Shown: piece after piece, positions 16,722 to 41,271 of the stretch
How positions within the stretch are numbered: position 1 is the first letter of the stretch
How the letters are laid out: every line of letters starts with the position of its first letter
Assembly (NCBI GenBank): GCA_964016885.1
Contig: OZ024743.1
Location: forward strand, 215,884,001-215,948,000
From: Eledone cirrhosa
Taxonomy: Eukaryota
Direction of reading: 5' to 3'
DNA length: 64,000 nt
Program-made: the position numbers and the translations under genes
The notes under the pieces: generated by a model
Seen by the model: only the letters and a program-made list of their open reading frames with translations
Database searches by the model: none
What the model was told of the DNA's origin: nothing

Positions 16722-17142
16722 ATAATATAAGATCAAAAGATGGTTAAATGAGTTCCATGTGTTTTTATTATGCGCATTTCAAAAACAAACATCATCATGC
16801 AATAATATTTGTGTTTTCATCAGATAAAACAGGAGAACATGATATGAAGGCTAAAGAACACTTGTGGATAGTGCAGTTTTAAATCACGTATGTTGATTAA
16901 AACTGCACTATCCACAAGTGTTTTTTAGCCTTCATATCATGTTCTCCTGTTTTATCTGATGAAAACACAAATATTATTGCATGATGATGTTTGTTTTTGA
17001 AATGCGCATAATAAAACACATGGAACTCATTTAACCATCTTTTGATCTCATATTATTTATACTCCAGTCCTACAAACTGTAGAGTGCTTCTTATCCGATA
17101 TCTGCATTGCTTTATTGTACTACAATAAAACTCACTTTCTAC
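16722..17142 (+). mobile_element. Fold-back pLTR element: ~155 bp near-perfect arms (16731-16886/16895-17048) plus a ~95 nt tail
   Basis: AGATCAAAAGATGG...GTTTTAAATCA pairs with TGATTAAAAC...CCATCTTTTGATCT. Each arm carries an HHR. Confidence 0.85.
16948..17018 (+). ncRNA. Type I hammerhead ribozyme, family B (minus-strand copy at 16760-16831)
   Basis: TGTTTTAT-CTGATGA-[stem II]-GAAA-TGCGCA-TA-ATAAAACA, giving an 8 bp stem I and a palindromic stem III. Confidence 0.88.
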
Positions 17143-24439
<7,297 letters not shown>

Positions 24440-24440
<1 letters not shown>

Positions 24441-24853
24441 AATATTAAATAAATGGAAAACTATATTTATAAAACCATATCTATTTCATTATATATATTT
24501 CGGGGATATCATATTAACAATATGCTATGCCTTCATCAGACAAAATACACATCAACTTCATTTGAAGAGGTTTACGCTAGCAGTGAAAATACAGAGAGAA
24601 AGAAAGAGAGAAAGAAAAGAGGGAAAAAAGAAAGAAAGAAAGACAAAACGAAGAAAAGGAAGAAAAAGAAGAAAAAGAAGAAATGCATGGAACAAAATAG
24701 AGAGATGGAAAAATAGATAAAGCGAAGAGCTTCATGTAAAGAGACAGAAAGAGATATATATATATAGAGAGAGGAAATAGAGATAGATACATATATATAT
24801 ATAGAAAATTAGGTAGTGGGAGGTCATTTTGAGTAAGTGTATCAATGATACAT

Positions 24854-24888
<35 letters not shown>

Positions 24889-26119
24889 GCTCAAGTATTA
24901 ATGTAAGGGAGATATATAGAGAGATATAGAGAGATATAGAGAGAGAAAAAAAAATTTAAAAATAGCCAGACATATTCGAGGTGTAGAAAACCCTATGTTT
25001 TAATGTATTAGTATTTATAAAACTTACACAATATTGTAAATATCAGTATTCCTGAATGAAACAAGTATTCACAATGTGTGAAAATTCATTATCTTATGTT
25101 TAGTTTTAAAAAATTCATATGTTTATGTGACAGCTACAAACATCAATGTGAATCCAACTGATTCACTCCGCAAACTCTATGTTACCGGAAAACATTCTCA
25201 ATGTGGTAAAAAAATTTGAGCGTATTATTATTCTTGCGATTACTCTACAAGATTATCTATCAAGCAGAAATAGAGAGCAGATTTCAATATACTAATCGAA
25301 AATATATATTATATTATAAACAAAGATAACAATAATAATAATAATAAGTAAAAATATATAGAAATATAGAATAGAAAACTAAAAAAATATTACGAAAGAA
25401 TATTACATAATAAAAATATTGCATATTAAAAATACTACGTATTAAAAAATATTACGTATTAAAAATTTACATATAAAAATATTAAAAATAAAATTAAAAA
25501 TAAAAATATTATAGAATACTACAATACTAAAAGAATAAAAATAAAAATAAAAATAAAAATAAAAATAAAAATAAAAATAAACCACAAAGAACAACCCTTA
25601 AAAGTTAATTGACAATATATTGCCAAGTTCATTACAAGACAAAGCCAAAAATTATCTATCAAATCACATCTAGCAAAGAATATCGCAAAAAGATTATGAT
25701 GTCCAATAATGTCTACATATGTTCCTATATTTAATATAGAAGTTTATCTAGTGTAAGGTTAATTCAAAAAATTTGGAGCATCGGCTTTTAGGGTAGCTTA
25801 ATTTTTCATGAGGAATGTTTAGATAAAAATAAAAATAAATAAAATAAAATAAACAATAAAAAGAGTAAAAAGAGGGAATCAAAGATTTAGGAATCAAATG
25901 ATTTATCGGCTAGTTCTCATATAAATATAAATCAAACTAAATATACTACATTTTAAATTTAAATTTATATGTAAACGTTGAGTTTAATCTATGTTTGCAA
26001 CAACTGAATAAATTTGTCCGTAGGTTAAGGGAATTTTTAGATTTTAGTATAAAGAATATCTCCTCTGCGCAGAGGTCACATGTCTCAGAGGATGAATTAA
26101 AAGGAATCCCTCTTGAGGG

Positions 26120-26120
<1 letters not shown>
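24440..26120 (-). mobile_element. 3' end of a Hydra-like PLE (C-terminal Cys motif, long AT-rich UTR, pLTR)
   Basis: Minus-strand 25946-26120 encodes [31 protein letters not shown] (CxLC..E..LNxRxxL..CxH). The pLTR is homologous to 8180-8290. Confidence 0.75.
24482..24547 (-). ncRNA. Hammerhead motif, family A
   Basis: Reverse complement reads CTGATGA-aggcatagcatattgttaatatgatatcccc-GAAA-TATA-TA. Confidence 0.65.
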
Positions 26121-26172
<52 letters not shown>

Positions 26173-26189
26173 CATATACATACATATAT

Positions 26190-26220
<31 letters not shown>

Positions 26221-26256
26221 CATATACATACATATATATATATATATATACATACA

Positions 26257-26402
<146 letters not shown>

Positions 26403-26411
26403 CATATATAG

Positions 26412-26539
<128 letters not shown>

Positions 26540-26579
26540 ATATATACTTATATATATATACATATATATATACATATAT

Positions 26580-26830
26580 GAAAGAAGTAAAATAAGAAAA
26601 TATTTAAAAAAAAAAAAAATTAAAAATTAACTTACTTACTAACATTTTCACTCCAACTAATTAGTTTCTGTAATGGGATAAAGATAGTTACGTAATATAA
26701 CCATCGAGAATTCATTACGTCATCAGGGAGTCAATTCTCAGCTAAGTCTAGGGACTATGACATAACTTATGTATTTGCTAGCATTAGTGTACATCAGTAC
26801 GCATATGTTGATAGATATACTAATTCTCTA
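26580..26830 (-). mobile_element. pLTR island with family C HHR (26650-26731)
   Basis: Reverse complement of 30048-30300. Confidence 0.8.
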
Positions 26831-26837
26831 TATATAC

Positions 26838-26975
<138 letters not shown>

Positions 26976-27049
26976 ATATATATATTATATACATATATAT
27001 ATATATATACATATATATAATATAATAATATTATATTATATTATATTAT

Positions 27050-27141
27050 ATTATGCATACTCCAGTCCCACAAATTGTAGAGTGCTTCTTATCCGATATC
27101 TGCATTGCTTTATTGTACTACAATAAAACTCACCTCCTACA
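27050..27141 (+). repeat. Solo 3' tail of the family B element
   Basis: ATACTCCAGTCC.ACAAA.TGTAGAGTGCTTC...AAAACTCAC.T.CTAC matches 17058-17142. Confidence 0.85.
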
Positions 27142-27150
27142 TATATATAC

Positions 27151-27274
<124 letters not shown>

Positions 27275-27275
27275 C

Positions 27276-27410
<135 letters not shown>

Positions 27411-27431
27411 GATATATATATATATATATAC

Positions 27432-27482
<51 letters not shown>

Positions 27483-27484
27483 GA

Positions 27485-27518
<34 letters not shown>

Positions 27519-27621
27519 GATATATATATATATATATATATACATATATATATACATATATATATATATACATATATATACATATATATATATATATACA
27601 TATATATACATATATATATAC

Positions 27622-27688
<67 letters not shown>

Positions 27689-27745
27689 CATATATATATA
27701 TACATATATATATATACATATATATATATACATATATATATATAC

Positions 27746-27776
<31 letters not shown>

Positions 27777-27833
27777 CATATATATATATACATATATATA
27801 TATACATATATATATATACATATATATATATAC

Positions 27834-27968
<135 letters not shown>

Positions 27969-27969
27969 C

Positions 27970-28010
<41 letters not shown>

Positions 28011-28012
<2 letters not shown>

Positions 28013-28410
28013 CAAACTAAATATACTACATTTTAAATTTAAATTTATATTTAAACGTTGAGTTTAATCTATGTTTGCAACAACTGAATAAATTTGTCCG
28101 TAGATTAAATATAAATTTAAATTTAAAATGTAGTATATTTAGTTTGATTTATAATTATATGGGAAACTAGCCGATAAATCTTTGATTCTCTTTTTTTATT
28201 TTATTTTATTTTTACTTTTATTTTTATTTTTATTTAAACATACTTCATGAAAAATTAAGCTACCCTGAAAGTTGATGCTCCAAATATTTCGAATAAACGT
28301 TACAATAGATAAACTTCTATATTAAATATAAGAACACATTTTGAAATGATCTTTGCTAGATGTTATTTGATAGATAATTTTTTGGCTTTATCTGTTTTTC
28401 GACTCTGATG
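28011..28410. repeat. Rearranged copy of the Hydra-like PLE 3' region: direct (25931-26020) then inverted (~25640-25970)
   Basis: Sequence matches read directly. Ends at the gap. Confidence 0.75.
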
Positions 28411-28610
28411 NNNNNNNNNNNNNNNNNNNNNNNNNNNNNNNNNNNNNNNNNNNNNNNNNNNNNNNNNNNNNNNNNNNNNNNNNNNNNNNNNNNNNNNNNN
28501 NNNNNNNNNNNNNNNNNNNNNNNNNNNNNNNNNNNNNNNNNNNNNNNNNNNNNNNNNNNNNNNNNNNNNNNNNNNNNNNNNNNNNNNNNNNNNNNNNNNN
28601 NNNNNNNNNN
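28411..28610. other. Assembly gap (200 N)
   Basis: Run of N. Confidence 1.
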
Positions 28611-28731
28611 TGTATATATATGTAGTATATATATATATATGTATATATATGTATATATATATGTATATATATATATATATATGTATATATATGTATATAT
28701 ATATATATGTATATATATATGCATATATATG

Positions 28732-28769
<38 letters not shown>

Positions 28770-28954
28770 TGTATATAGTATATATATATATATGATATAT
28801 ATATAGTATATATATATGTATATATATATATGTATATATATATATATGTATATATATAATATATATTATACTATATATATATGTATATATATATATGTAT
28901 ATATATATATATACTGTATATATATATATATGTATATATATATATTATAATATA

Positions 28955-29009
<55 letters not shown>

Positions 29010-29060
29010 TATATATATATATATGTATATATAGTATATATATATATAGTATATATATAG

Positions 29061-29115
<55 letters not shown>

Positions 29116-29130
29116 TATATATATATATAT

Positions 29131-29164
<34 letters not shown>

Positions 29165-29180
29165 GTATATATATATATAT

Positions 29181-29219
<39 letters not shown>

Positions 29220-29220
29220 G

Positions 29221-29258
<38 letters not shown>

Positions 29259-29317
29259 TATATCTATAATATATATATATATTATATATATATGTAGTAT
29301 ATATATATATATATATA

Positions 29318-29458
<141 letters not shown>

Positions 29459-29473
29459 AATATATATATATAT

Positions 29474-29510
<37 letters not shown>

Positions 29511-29542
29511 TATATATATATATGTATATATATATATTATAT

Positions 29543-29590
<48 letters not shown>

Positions 29591-29591
29591 G

Positions 29592-29657
<66 letters not shown>

Positions 29658-29692
29658 ATGTATATATATATATATATATATATATAATGTAT

Positions 29693-29739
<47 letters not shown>

Positions 29740-29765
29740 CTATATATGTATATATAATATATATG

Positions 29766-29818
<53 letters not shown>

Positions 29819-29832
29819 TATAATAGTATATA

Positions 29833-29864
<32 letters not shown>

Positions 29865-29883
29865 GTATATATATATATATATA

Positions 29884-30030
<147 letters not shown>

Positions 30031-30145
30031 TATATATATGTATATATAGAGAATTAGTATATCTATCAACATATGCGTACTGATGTACACTAATGCTAGC
30101 AAATACATAAGTTATGTCATAGTCCCTAGAATTAGCTGAGAATAG

Positions 30146-30227
30146 ACTCCCTGATGACGTAATGAATTCTCGATGGTTATATTACGTAACTATCTTTATC
30201 CCATTACAGAAACTAATTAGTTGGAGT
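30146..30227 (+). ncRNA. Type I hammerhead ribozyme, family C
   Basis: ACTCC-CTGATGA-c gtaatg...cattac a-GAAA-CTAATTAG-TT-GGAGT, giving a 5 bp stem I and a palindromic stem III. Confidence 0.85.
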
Positions 30228-30398
30228 GAAAATGTTAGTAAGTAAGTTAATTTTAAATTTTTTTTTTTTTTTAAATATTTTTCTTATTTGACTTCTTTCA
30301 TATATGTATAAGTATATATATATATATGTATATAATATATAAGTATATATAATATATATGTATATATATATATACTATATATATATATATATATATAG

Positions 30399-30477
<79 letters not shown>

Positions 30478-30544
30478 TATATTATATATGTATATATATA
30501 TATATATATGTATATGTATATGTATATATATATATATATGTATA

Positions 30545-30624
<80 letters not shown>

Positions 30625-30656
30625 TATGTATATATATACATATATGTATATATATG

Positions 30657-30719
<63 letters not shown>

Positions 30720-30894
30720 GTATATATATATATGTGTATATATATATATATATGTATATACATATATGTTAGTATATATATATGTATATGTATTTATATT
30801 TATATATATGTATATATATATATTATGTATATATATATACTATATATGTGTATATATATATATATATGTATAATTATATCTATATATATATATA

Positions 30895-31019
<125 letters not shown>

Positions 31020-31049
31020 GTATATATATATATATTATATATATATATA

Positions 31050-31091
<42 letters not shown>

Positions 31092-31100
31092 TATATATAT

Positions 31101-31221
<121 letters not shown>

Positions 31222-31235
31222 TATCTATATATATG

Positions 31236-31392
<157 letters not shown>

Positions 31393-31411
31393 AATATATA
31401 TATATATATAT

Positions 31412-31466
<55 letters not shown>

Positions 31467-31468
31467 CT

Positions 31469-31588
<120 letters not shown>

Positions 31589-31590
31589 AC

Positions 31591-31629
<39 letters not shown>

Positions 31630-31634
31630 GTATA

Positions 31635-31693
<59 letters not shown>

Positions 31694-31735
31694 CTATATA
31701 TATATATACATATATATATATACATATATATACTA

Positions 31736-31772
<37 letters not shown>

Positions 31773-31778
31773 TTATAG

Positions 31779-31820
<42 letters not shown>

Positions 31821-31897
31821 GTATATATGTATATATATATGTATATATATATGTATATATATATATATATGTATATATATATGTATATATATATATA

Positions 31898-32448
31898 TAA
31901 AATATTAAACAAATAATGAACAAACAATTCCTTATATTAAACAAAAAAAGTTCACTATTTAACGATCGTTTCTAGGGTATATATGTGTTATAATTGGTAT
32001 GCATATTCAACAGATCTATGTACAAAATTATACAAAATTATACAAATTATCAAGATTAAATATACATACCTAACACATATATACGCCGTCTTCAGATTTT
32101 TCTTCAGATTTTTCTGAAGACGGCGTATATATGTGTTAGGTATGTATATTTAATCTTGATAATTTGTATAATTTTGTATAATTTTGTACATAGATCTGTT
32201 GAATATGCATACCAATTATAACACATATATACCCTAGAAACGATCGTTAAATAGTGAACTTTTTTTGTTTAATATAAGGAATTGTTTGTTCATTATTTGT
32301 TTAATATTTTATCTTGACTCTGTATACCGTTTATCTTTCACCGAAAGTGGATTTTCATTATATCTCTTCTTCCCATGATATCCGGAATACATTGAGTTCT
32401 TCATACGGATTGGACACTACCGTAAACTCTTGGTAGATTTATCTACAT
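31898..32448 (+). mobile_element. Fold-back pLTR element, family D: ~200 bp arms (31898-32096/32113-32310) plus a ~140 nt tail, HHR in each arm
   Basis: Near-perfect inverted arms. CTGAAGA (32114)...GAAA (32237) CGATCG TT AAAT. Same family as 48578-48921. Confidence 0.85.
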
Positions 32449-32481
<33 letters not shown>

Positions 32482-32756
32482 GTATGTATATATGTATGTA
32501 TATATATATATGTATGTATATATGTATGTATATATATATATATATATATGTATATGTATGTATAGTATAATAGATATAGTATATATATATGTATATGTAT
32601 ATATAGTATGTATATATATATATGTATATATATTATATATAGTATATATATGTATATAGTATATATATATATTTATATAGATATATCTATATATGTATAT
32701 ATATATATATATATGTATATATATGTATATATGTATATATATATATATATATATAG

Positions 32757-32796
<40 letters not shown>

Positions 32797-32895
32797 TATA
32801 ATGTATATATATATATATAGTATATTATATATATATATATGTATATACTATATATATATATGTATATATATATATATGTATATATATTATATATG

Positions 32896-32927
<32 letters not shown>

Positions 32928-32967
32928 ATATATGTATAGTATATATATATATATATAATGTTATATA

Positions 32968-33029
<62 letters not shown>

Positions 33030-33031
33030 AG

Positions 33032-33117
<86 letters not shown>

Positions 33118-33130
33118 TATATATATATAT

Positions 33131-33300
<170 letters not shown>

Positions 33301-33361
33301 TATATATATATATATAGTATATATATATATATATATATATATAGTATATATATATATATAC

Positions 33362-33403
<42 letters not shown>

Positions 33404-33414
33404 TGTATATATAT

Positions 33415-33447
<33 letters not shown>

Positions 33448-33490
33448 GTATATATGTATATGTATATATGTATATATATATGTATATATG

Positions 33491-33572
<82 letters not shown>

Positions 33573-33578
33573 TACATG

Positions 33579-33615
<37 letters not shown>

Positions 33616-33735
33616 GTATATATATAAAATATGTATATATATATATATAAATATGTATATATATATGTATATATGTATATATATATATACTATATAGATA
33701 TATATATATATATATATATATATAGTATATATATA

Positions 33736-33767
<32 letters not shown>

Positions 33768-33770
<3 letters not shown>

Positions 33771-34974
33771 TTATTAAAATAACAGATTAAAGTTTAAGCA
33801 AAGAATCGCTGCTTTCACCCTTAACGGGATCTTCTGAAACTAACAAAGTCAATCTGTAAACGCAGAACTGGATATTTCAAAAAAACGTTGCAACAGGAGG
33901 AAGACAGGAAGACGATACTTTGGTTCGTGGTAACGTTCGCTGGCAAAGAACGGGGAAAAACGAATAATACGTCATTAATAGGAGCGGTGAAAAACAATTA
34001 CGCGCAAAGACAAAACCACGTTTATGGTATAAAAGAGGTCGTAGACTAATTTTCTCTTAGGTGGTGCATAGAGACATTCTCTGGCAATGAACGAAAAAAC
34101 GAAGATAATAAGTCATATGTGGAGCGTGGAGAACAATAGCACGCAAAGACAAAACCACGTAAATGGTATAGCAGAAATCGTAGACTAAAATTCTAACTAG
34201 GAGACCAAATGAATCTCCGCTACAGAGTTAAGAACAAAGTAAATAAATACAATACAGAAGTAATAGAAACAAATAAATACATTCACGCAAACAGATACGT
34301 ACATACACAAGCATACGCAAAACCTTACCATGGGTATACAAAACCACGCACATATAAATATGTGTGTGTGTGTATTCTTGTGTACAAATAAATAAATAAT
34401 TATATAAACGTATATAAGTAAATAAATACGTATATATCAAGCGCACACGCATACCTACGTATAAATACACGAATGTTCGGAGACGTAAGTCAACTAATTT
34501 ACGTGGTTTTGTCTTTGCGTGCTATTGTTCTCCACGCTCCACATATGACTTATTATCTTCGTTTTTTCGTTCATTGCCAGAGAACGTCTCTATGCACCAC
34601 CTAAGAGAACATTAGTCTACGACCTCTTTTATGCCATAAACGTGGTTTTGTCTAAGGGCGTAATTGTTTTTCACCGCTCCTATTAATGACGTATTATTCG
34701 TTTTTTCCCGTTCTTTGCCAGCGAACGTTACCACGAACCAAAATATCGTCTTCCTGTCTTCCTCCAGTTGCAACGTTTTTTGAAATATCCAGTTCTGCGT
34801 TTACAGATTGAATTGTTAGTTTCAGAAGATCCCGTTAAGGGTGAAAGCAGCAATTCTTTGCTTAAACTTTAATCTGTTATTTTAATAAATATTTGCTCTA
34901 CGGTTCTTATATATTTGATATATATTTTCCTTATCGAGCCCTCTTTGGATTTTAGTCTTCAATTTTATTATTAT

Positions 34975-34977
<3 letters not shown>
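33768..34977 (+). repeat. Fold-back element: ~395 bp arms (33770-34164/34497-34889), ~330 bp spacer, ~88 nt tail
   Basis: Inverted arms read directly. Flanked by (AT)n. Confidence 0.85.
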
Positions 34978-35030
<53 letters not shown>

Positions 35031-35109
35031 ATATATATATATATGTATATATATGTATATATGTATTTATATATAGATATATATATATGTACATATATAT
35101 GTATATATG

Positions 35110-35141
<32 letters not shown>

Positions 35142-35155
35142 TATGTATATATGTC

Positions 35156-35189
<34 letters not shown>

Positions 35190-35235
35190 GTATATATATA
35201 TATATATGTATATATGTATATATATATAATATATG

Positions 35236-35266
<31 letters not shown>

Positions 35267-35284
35267 GTATATATATATATTTAT

Positions 35285-38200
35285 ATCTTAAATGAACTCA
35301 AAGAGATTTCCTCTAAACTCTCAATTTTGACCAACAAAGTGGACCAAATACACATCTATATAAAAGGACCCCAAGAAGAAACAGAAAATATCCAAGAGAC
35401 GAATATTACTCCAGTATTAACTAAGCTAATCCAAACCATTGAAACAGCAATGCTACAAAAGCTTGAACAACCGTTAGAACCCAATCTACGAGATGTCCAC
35501 TCAGTGAAAAACACCCTAATCAACATATGAACTCAAAAGCTCACAGCCCGCAAATTCGCCCTTTGGAATCTCCTAAAAAATAATGGCAAGGCAGACATAT
35601 ATGAAAAGTGGCTAAACTCTACCCAATCATCCTCCCCCAAAAAATCCAAATAAAAGCCATCCCGAATGAACCAGAAAACCAACAAAGACTTAGGGAAAAG
35701 ATGGCATTGGAAAAATTTTAAAACAGAAATAGAACTGTTGCGATTAAGAGCCAACTCCAGCGAAGAAAAATTCAAGTCACTCGACCAACAGATGGACACA
35801 GAAATCTCAAAGCACTCTGAAGGCCTACTCTATACAAAAAAAACGAAAACTTTGCAAAGAAAACTGTGAGGATGAAGAACTAACATCCCTCCAGCGATGG
35901 GAAAAAAACGTCACCTGGTTCAACAACTACGAAATGGACTTCAAAAATGAACAACATACAGGTAACCCATTTTTAAAACAAACTAAAACTCACACACCAC
36001 ATGCACAACAAATAACAAACAAAGTAACAAAACGTCCAACATACCCCCAGCAAAACTATAACGATAATCCCAGAAACCATAGACAAAACTATAACCCTAC
36101 TAACAAAAACCAAAGATCCCCGAACACAAGGCAGGACCTGATCCGCAGATCACAACCCACACAAAACCTATTCCAAAACCATAGACCCCTGCCCACACAG
36201 AGCCTGTTCCAAAACCGTAGATCCCAACCCACACAAAGGAACCAAATCTACAACCCGGACTATCAACAAACCGAACCTCAATACGTCCGAAACTTCTATA
36301 CAAGACCACACAACAACAGAGGAAATACCATTAGATATAATAATACCAATGAAAAAACATTCCAGAAAAATCATTTTTTAGACCAACGCTACAGGACTCA
36401 CGACACCCGGTGGCACAAACCGATTTTGAAAAACCGAAACTAATTAACATTTCAAATACAAACCTCTCAGCCCAACAAGTAAAATTCTCTCCAAAGGTCT
36501 GAAATTCACACCAACACCACAATACCCTAACCCCAACGAGATAAATGACGATATCTCACACTTCTGTAGAAAATTACGTCTCACAGAGGAATTCTATGAC
36601 AAGGAGAATAACGACGAATCAATTGTACGGAATAAAAGCAGCTACAACCCAACAAAAGGTAGAAACAGAGTTCTGGACAAATTTTGTGACCACATAGCTA
36701 CCTTCCCATACCATGAACTACCGCAACCTAAACCCAAACCCAACACAAGTCGAAGGGAATGGGAGATTATCCATGAACTAAAAAACAATACGGACATTGT
36801 AATTAAGGAAGCGGACAAGGGAAGTACTGTTGTCATTATGGAGGCTGAAAAAATGTAAACATTCTATGTTCTCTCTCTTACAAAATACTAATTACTATGA
36901 AAGAGTAAAAAACCTACCAGCAATCAAAAATAATGACCAAATTAAACACACTGATTTATCGATTCCAGGAAGACCTAACTAAAAAGGAACGCGATTATTT
37001 AACAAATTTTGAATACAAAACCAGCAACCTTTACGGACTTCCGAAGATCCACAAATGTAAAATAATCAACGATGCCTGTAAACAATCCACCTCAGCCTGC
37101 GTGAACACACAATACTCCACAGACCTTAAATTAAGACACTATTATTGTGTCTTTCGATGTAGTGAATCTCTACACAACGATCCCACACCAATACGGACTA
37201 GAAGCAATAGGATTCTGGCTAGAGAAATATCCCAATGAGATACCTGAAACAATAGAAAAAAGCTTCATCACCGAGGGATTAAAATTCATCCTACAGAACA
37301 ACATTTTTTATTTCGATGGCAATACTTACAAGCAAATATCGGGGACTGCGATGGGTACAAAAGCCGCTCCAACTTATGCCAACTTAGTCATGGCACACTT
37401 AGAAGTCCAGATATATGAACAGTTCAAATCAAAATACGGATTGAACTTCCACAAATATTTATCAGAGAATTGGAAACGCTACTTGGATGATTGCCTCATT
37501 CTTTGGTCCCACACACTCGACCAACTGAAGGATTTCAAAAACTTAATAAACGGCATCAATAACCACATCCAATTCACAATGGAATATAGCCAAGATCAAC
37601 TCCCATTTCTGGACATCTTAATCACAAAAAAAGACACAAATATCGAAACTGACATACACTACAAACCAACAGATTCCAAACAATATCTGCTATTCACCAA
37701 CAACCATCCAAAGCACACGAAGACGAACATTCCTTTTAACCTAGCAAGAAGAATTTGCACAATTGTCTCCAATTATGAACGCGAAATAAAATACTTCAAG
37801 AATTAAAGGAAATTCTACTTGAGAGAGAGTACCCACTATTACTAATAAATAATGGAATAGAAAGGGCTAAAGCAATAGGCATTGATGAATTACGGAAACA
37901 GAAACAAATTCAAGGTTCGTCCAATATTCTATCATATATCTCAACACACAACCCAAGAAATGCGGAAGCTTACAACACTATTCACAATAACATCCCACTA
38001 CTAAAACAAAACCCAAGAATGAAAAAAGCCCTTGAAACACACAACATAATCAAAAGCAAAAGACAACCAAAATCACTGAAAACATTACTCACCAATGCCA
38101 AATTACCTACCACAAACCCACAACCAAGTATCAAAAAATGTGGTCGCTCTAATTGTGGAACCTGCACTCACCTCATTGAAGGCAACACGTATACATTTAA

Positions 38201-39589
38201 ATCAGGACAAAATTTTACTGTAAAAAATCACTTCACTTGCTCATCAAAAAATCTAATTTATGCCATTAAATGTAAAGGATGCAATGAAGATTATATAGGA
38301 CAAACTAAACTCACACTCAGAAACAGAATGACAGTTCATCGCCAACAATTACGAGATCCAACCATGAGACAGATACCACTAAGTGCATATCTAGACATTT
38401 GCGCATGTAATAAGACACCCAAATTTCAAGTCTTCCCATTTTACCTTTGCGCTAACAATACAACAGAACAAATGCGAATAAATCAGGAAAATATGTTTAT
38501 TCAAAAATATAGACCAACATTAAATTAGGTTTAATATACATTATGTCAACACCTCACTTTCCTACACACACACATACACACACACACAATATATATATAT
38601 ATATATTCTCTTCATCTTAACATGCTAACCATACTCCCACACACATAACACCCATACACACACATAACAACCCCCACACCTACAACTCCCTCCCCATTTC
38701 CACTAATAGAACAACTTTCCTACACACATATATATATACACACACACAAAATATATATTCTCTCCATCTTAACATACTCGCACACGCACACATAACACCC
38801 ATATACACTCACACACAACTCCCTCCCCCATCTCTACTAATAGAATCATCTTCCAATACACACATACACACACACACACACACACACATACACACACACA
38901 AGCACACAAATAAACATACATATCTTCAGTCTCAATAGAAAATCTGAAATTTGACACCCCGGCGAGCTGGCCATATTCACTGAACCAGAACATTTCTCCC
39001 AATCCCTTTTCTCTTGACCACTATCTCTCCATTGTCATAACATTCACTATAAAGACTACAGAATAGTTTTCCAAATAAGGGCGCAAAACTGTAATAAAAA
39101 CTTGTTCACGTGACAGCCAAATTTCATTTATAACCAACCAAAAAAAAGCCTTCGTGAGCCTCCTTTTTTCAAGTAAAAAGAAATTCAAACACTCATATAT
39201 GAAAAAACAACCTGTGACAACCCCCCCCCCCCCCTCTCTTATTTGAAGAACTATTGTAACGCGAACTGGCGCGAAATTTATTATAATTATTGACAAACCA
39301 ATCAAATTACTTCTCGAAAAACCTGGAATTTCGAGCCACTTTTTCCATATAAAACAAGTAACATTCAGAGACCAACCAGATGTGAGAAAAACCACAGACC
39401 CTCCATCTCAACTCACCTTTTGAAAAGCAGAAGAACTGCGAAACCGGTAAAGGAACCAAATAAATATATATATTTAAAAAAAAAATAAGACTTCTGTTGC
39501 ATTTTCGATTTCATCTCTTTTTCTTTATACATTCACTCGTGTAGGACACCTCGTTTATTTTTCATTTTGTAAAAAAACCTCACTTTCTA
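35285..39589 (+). mobile_element. Near full-length, decayed Neptune-like PLE (RT + Cys linker + GIY-YIG + pLTR)
   Basis: Contains LYGLPKIHK, SFDVVNLYTTIP, QISGTAMGTKAAPTYANL, RYLDD, LPFLDI, CGRSNCGTC and NLIYAIKCKGCNEDYIGQT. There are several frameshifts and an internal deletion near 37140. Confidence 0.92.
39416..39453 (+). ncRNA. Minimal type I hammerhead, family E, U3-A8 core variant
   Basis: CCTT-TTGAAAA-GCAG aagaa CTGC-GAAA-CCGG-TA-AAGG. Confidence 0.8.
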
Positions 39590-39628
39590 ATATATATATA
39601 TGTATATATATATGTATATATATGTATA

Positions 39629-39675
<47 letters not shown>

Positions 39676-39680
39676 GTATA

Positions 39681-39825
<145 letters not shown>

Positions 39826-39884
39826 GTATATAATATTATATATATATGTATATATATATGTATATATATATGTATATATATATG

Positions 39885-39922
<38 letters not shown>

Positions 39923-39954
39923 TATAGGTATATATATATATGTATATATATAGG

Positions 39955-40005
<51 letters not shown>

Positions 40006-40006
40006 G

Positions 40007-40063
<57 letters not shown>

Positions 40064-40064
40064 G

Positions 40065-40097
<33 letters not shown>

Positions 40098-40122
40098 GTA
40101 TATATATATATATGTATATATG

Positions 40123-40225
<103 letters not shown>

Positions 40226-40295
40226 GTATATATATGTATATGTATATATATGTACATATGTATATATATATGTATGCAAATATATATATATATAT

Positions 40296-40989
40296 ACTAT
40301 ATCATATTTTGAGAATAAACTCTCAGTCGTTTACTATAATCCAGCTCCAAGAAAAGGGGCATTTCCGAGCAGTTAAATACATTAAAATATATGATAAACA
40401 CAAAACGTGTTTGCATTGTAACAGTCAAAGCTAGCTATTAATGAAATAAACTAATTAAAGTGAATACAATTTGTATGTCTCGATATAAGTCAATAAAGGC
40501 AAGCTTATATTGGCGATGGCCATGGTTCCTGGACATATTAAAATTTCAAAATCCAAACCTGTTCCGTAGATGAATTTGAACCTCGAAACCCAAATACGTT
40601 TCGCAAAGGTGGTACGTGAATTTAAAAATAAAGAGAATCGAAATAGAAATGAAATAAAAAATGAAATATCCAAATCTTCTGTGCTTATCAACAGGAACCC
40701 AGTAAAATTAGTACATTTCACATCAACAATTAAGCAGGTCTGACTACACGTGTGCAGCCAGGCCAAATTAGCCGTCCCGCATTCCCGGTGCTAGAAATAA
40801 CAGCCGTTTATGCGGGATTAAAGATCAGCTCTAAAGTTAAGGAGCAATATACTATATTGCCAATATAAGCTTGTCTTTATTGACTTATATCGAGACAGAC
40901 AAATTGTATTCACTTTAATTAGTTAATTTCATTAATAGCTAACTTTGTCTGTTACGATGCAAACACGTTTTGTGTTTATCATATATTTT
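40296..40989 (-). repeat. Fold-back element (~135 bp arms 40383-40515/40856-40989, ~85 nt tail on the left); duplicated at 44335-45027
   Basis: Inverted arms read directly. No HHR core found. Confidence 0.8.
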
Positions 40990-41015
40990 TATATATATAT
41001 ATATATATGTGTATA

Positions 41016-41058
<43 letters not shown>

Positions 41059-41238
41059 GTATATATATATATATACATATGTATATATATATGTATATAT
41101 GTATATATATATGTATATATGTATATATATATGTGTATATATATGTATATATATGTATGTATATATGTATATATATATATACATATATATATATACATAT
41201 ATATACACATATATATATACATATATAGATATATATAT

Positions 41239-41271
<33 letters not shown>

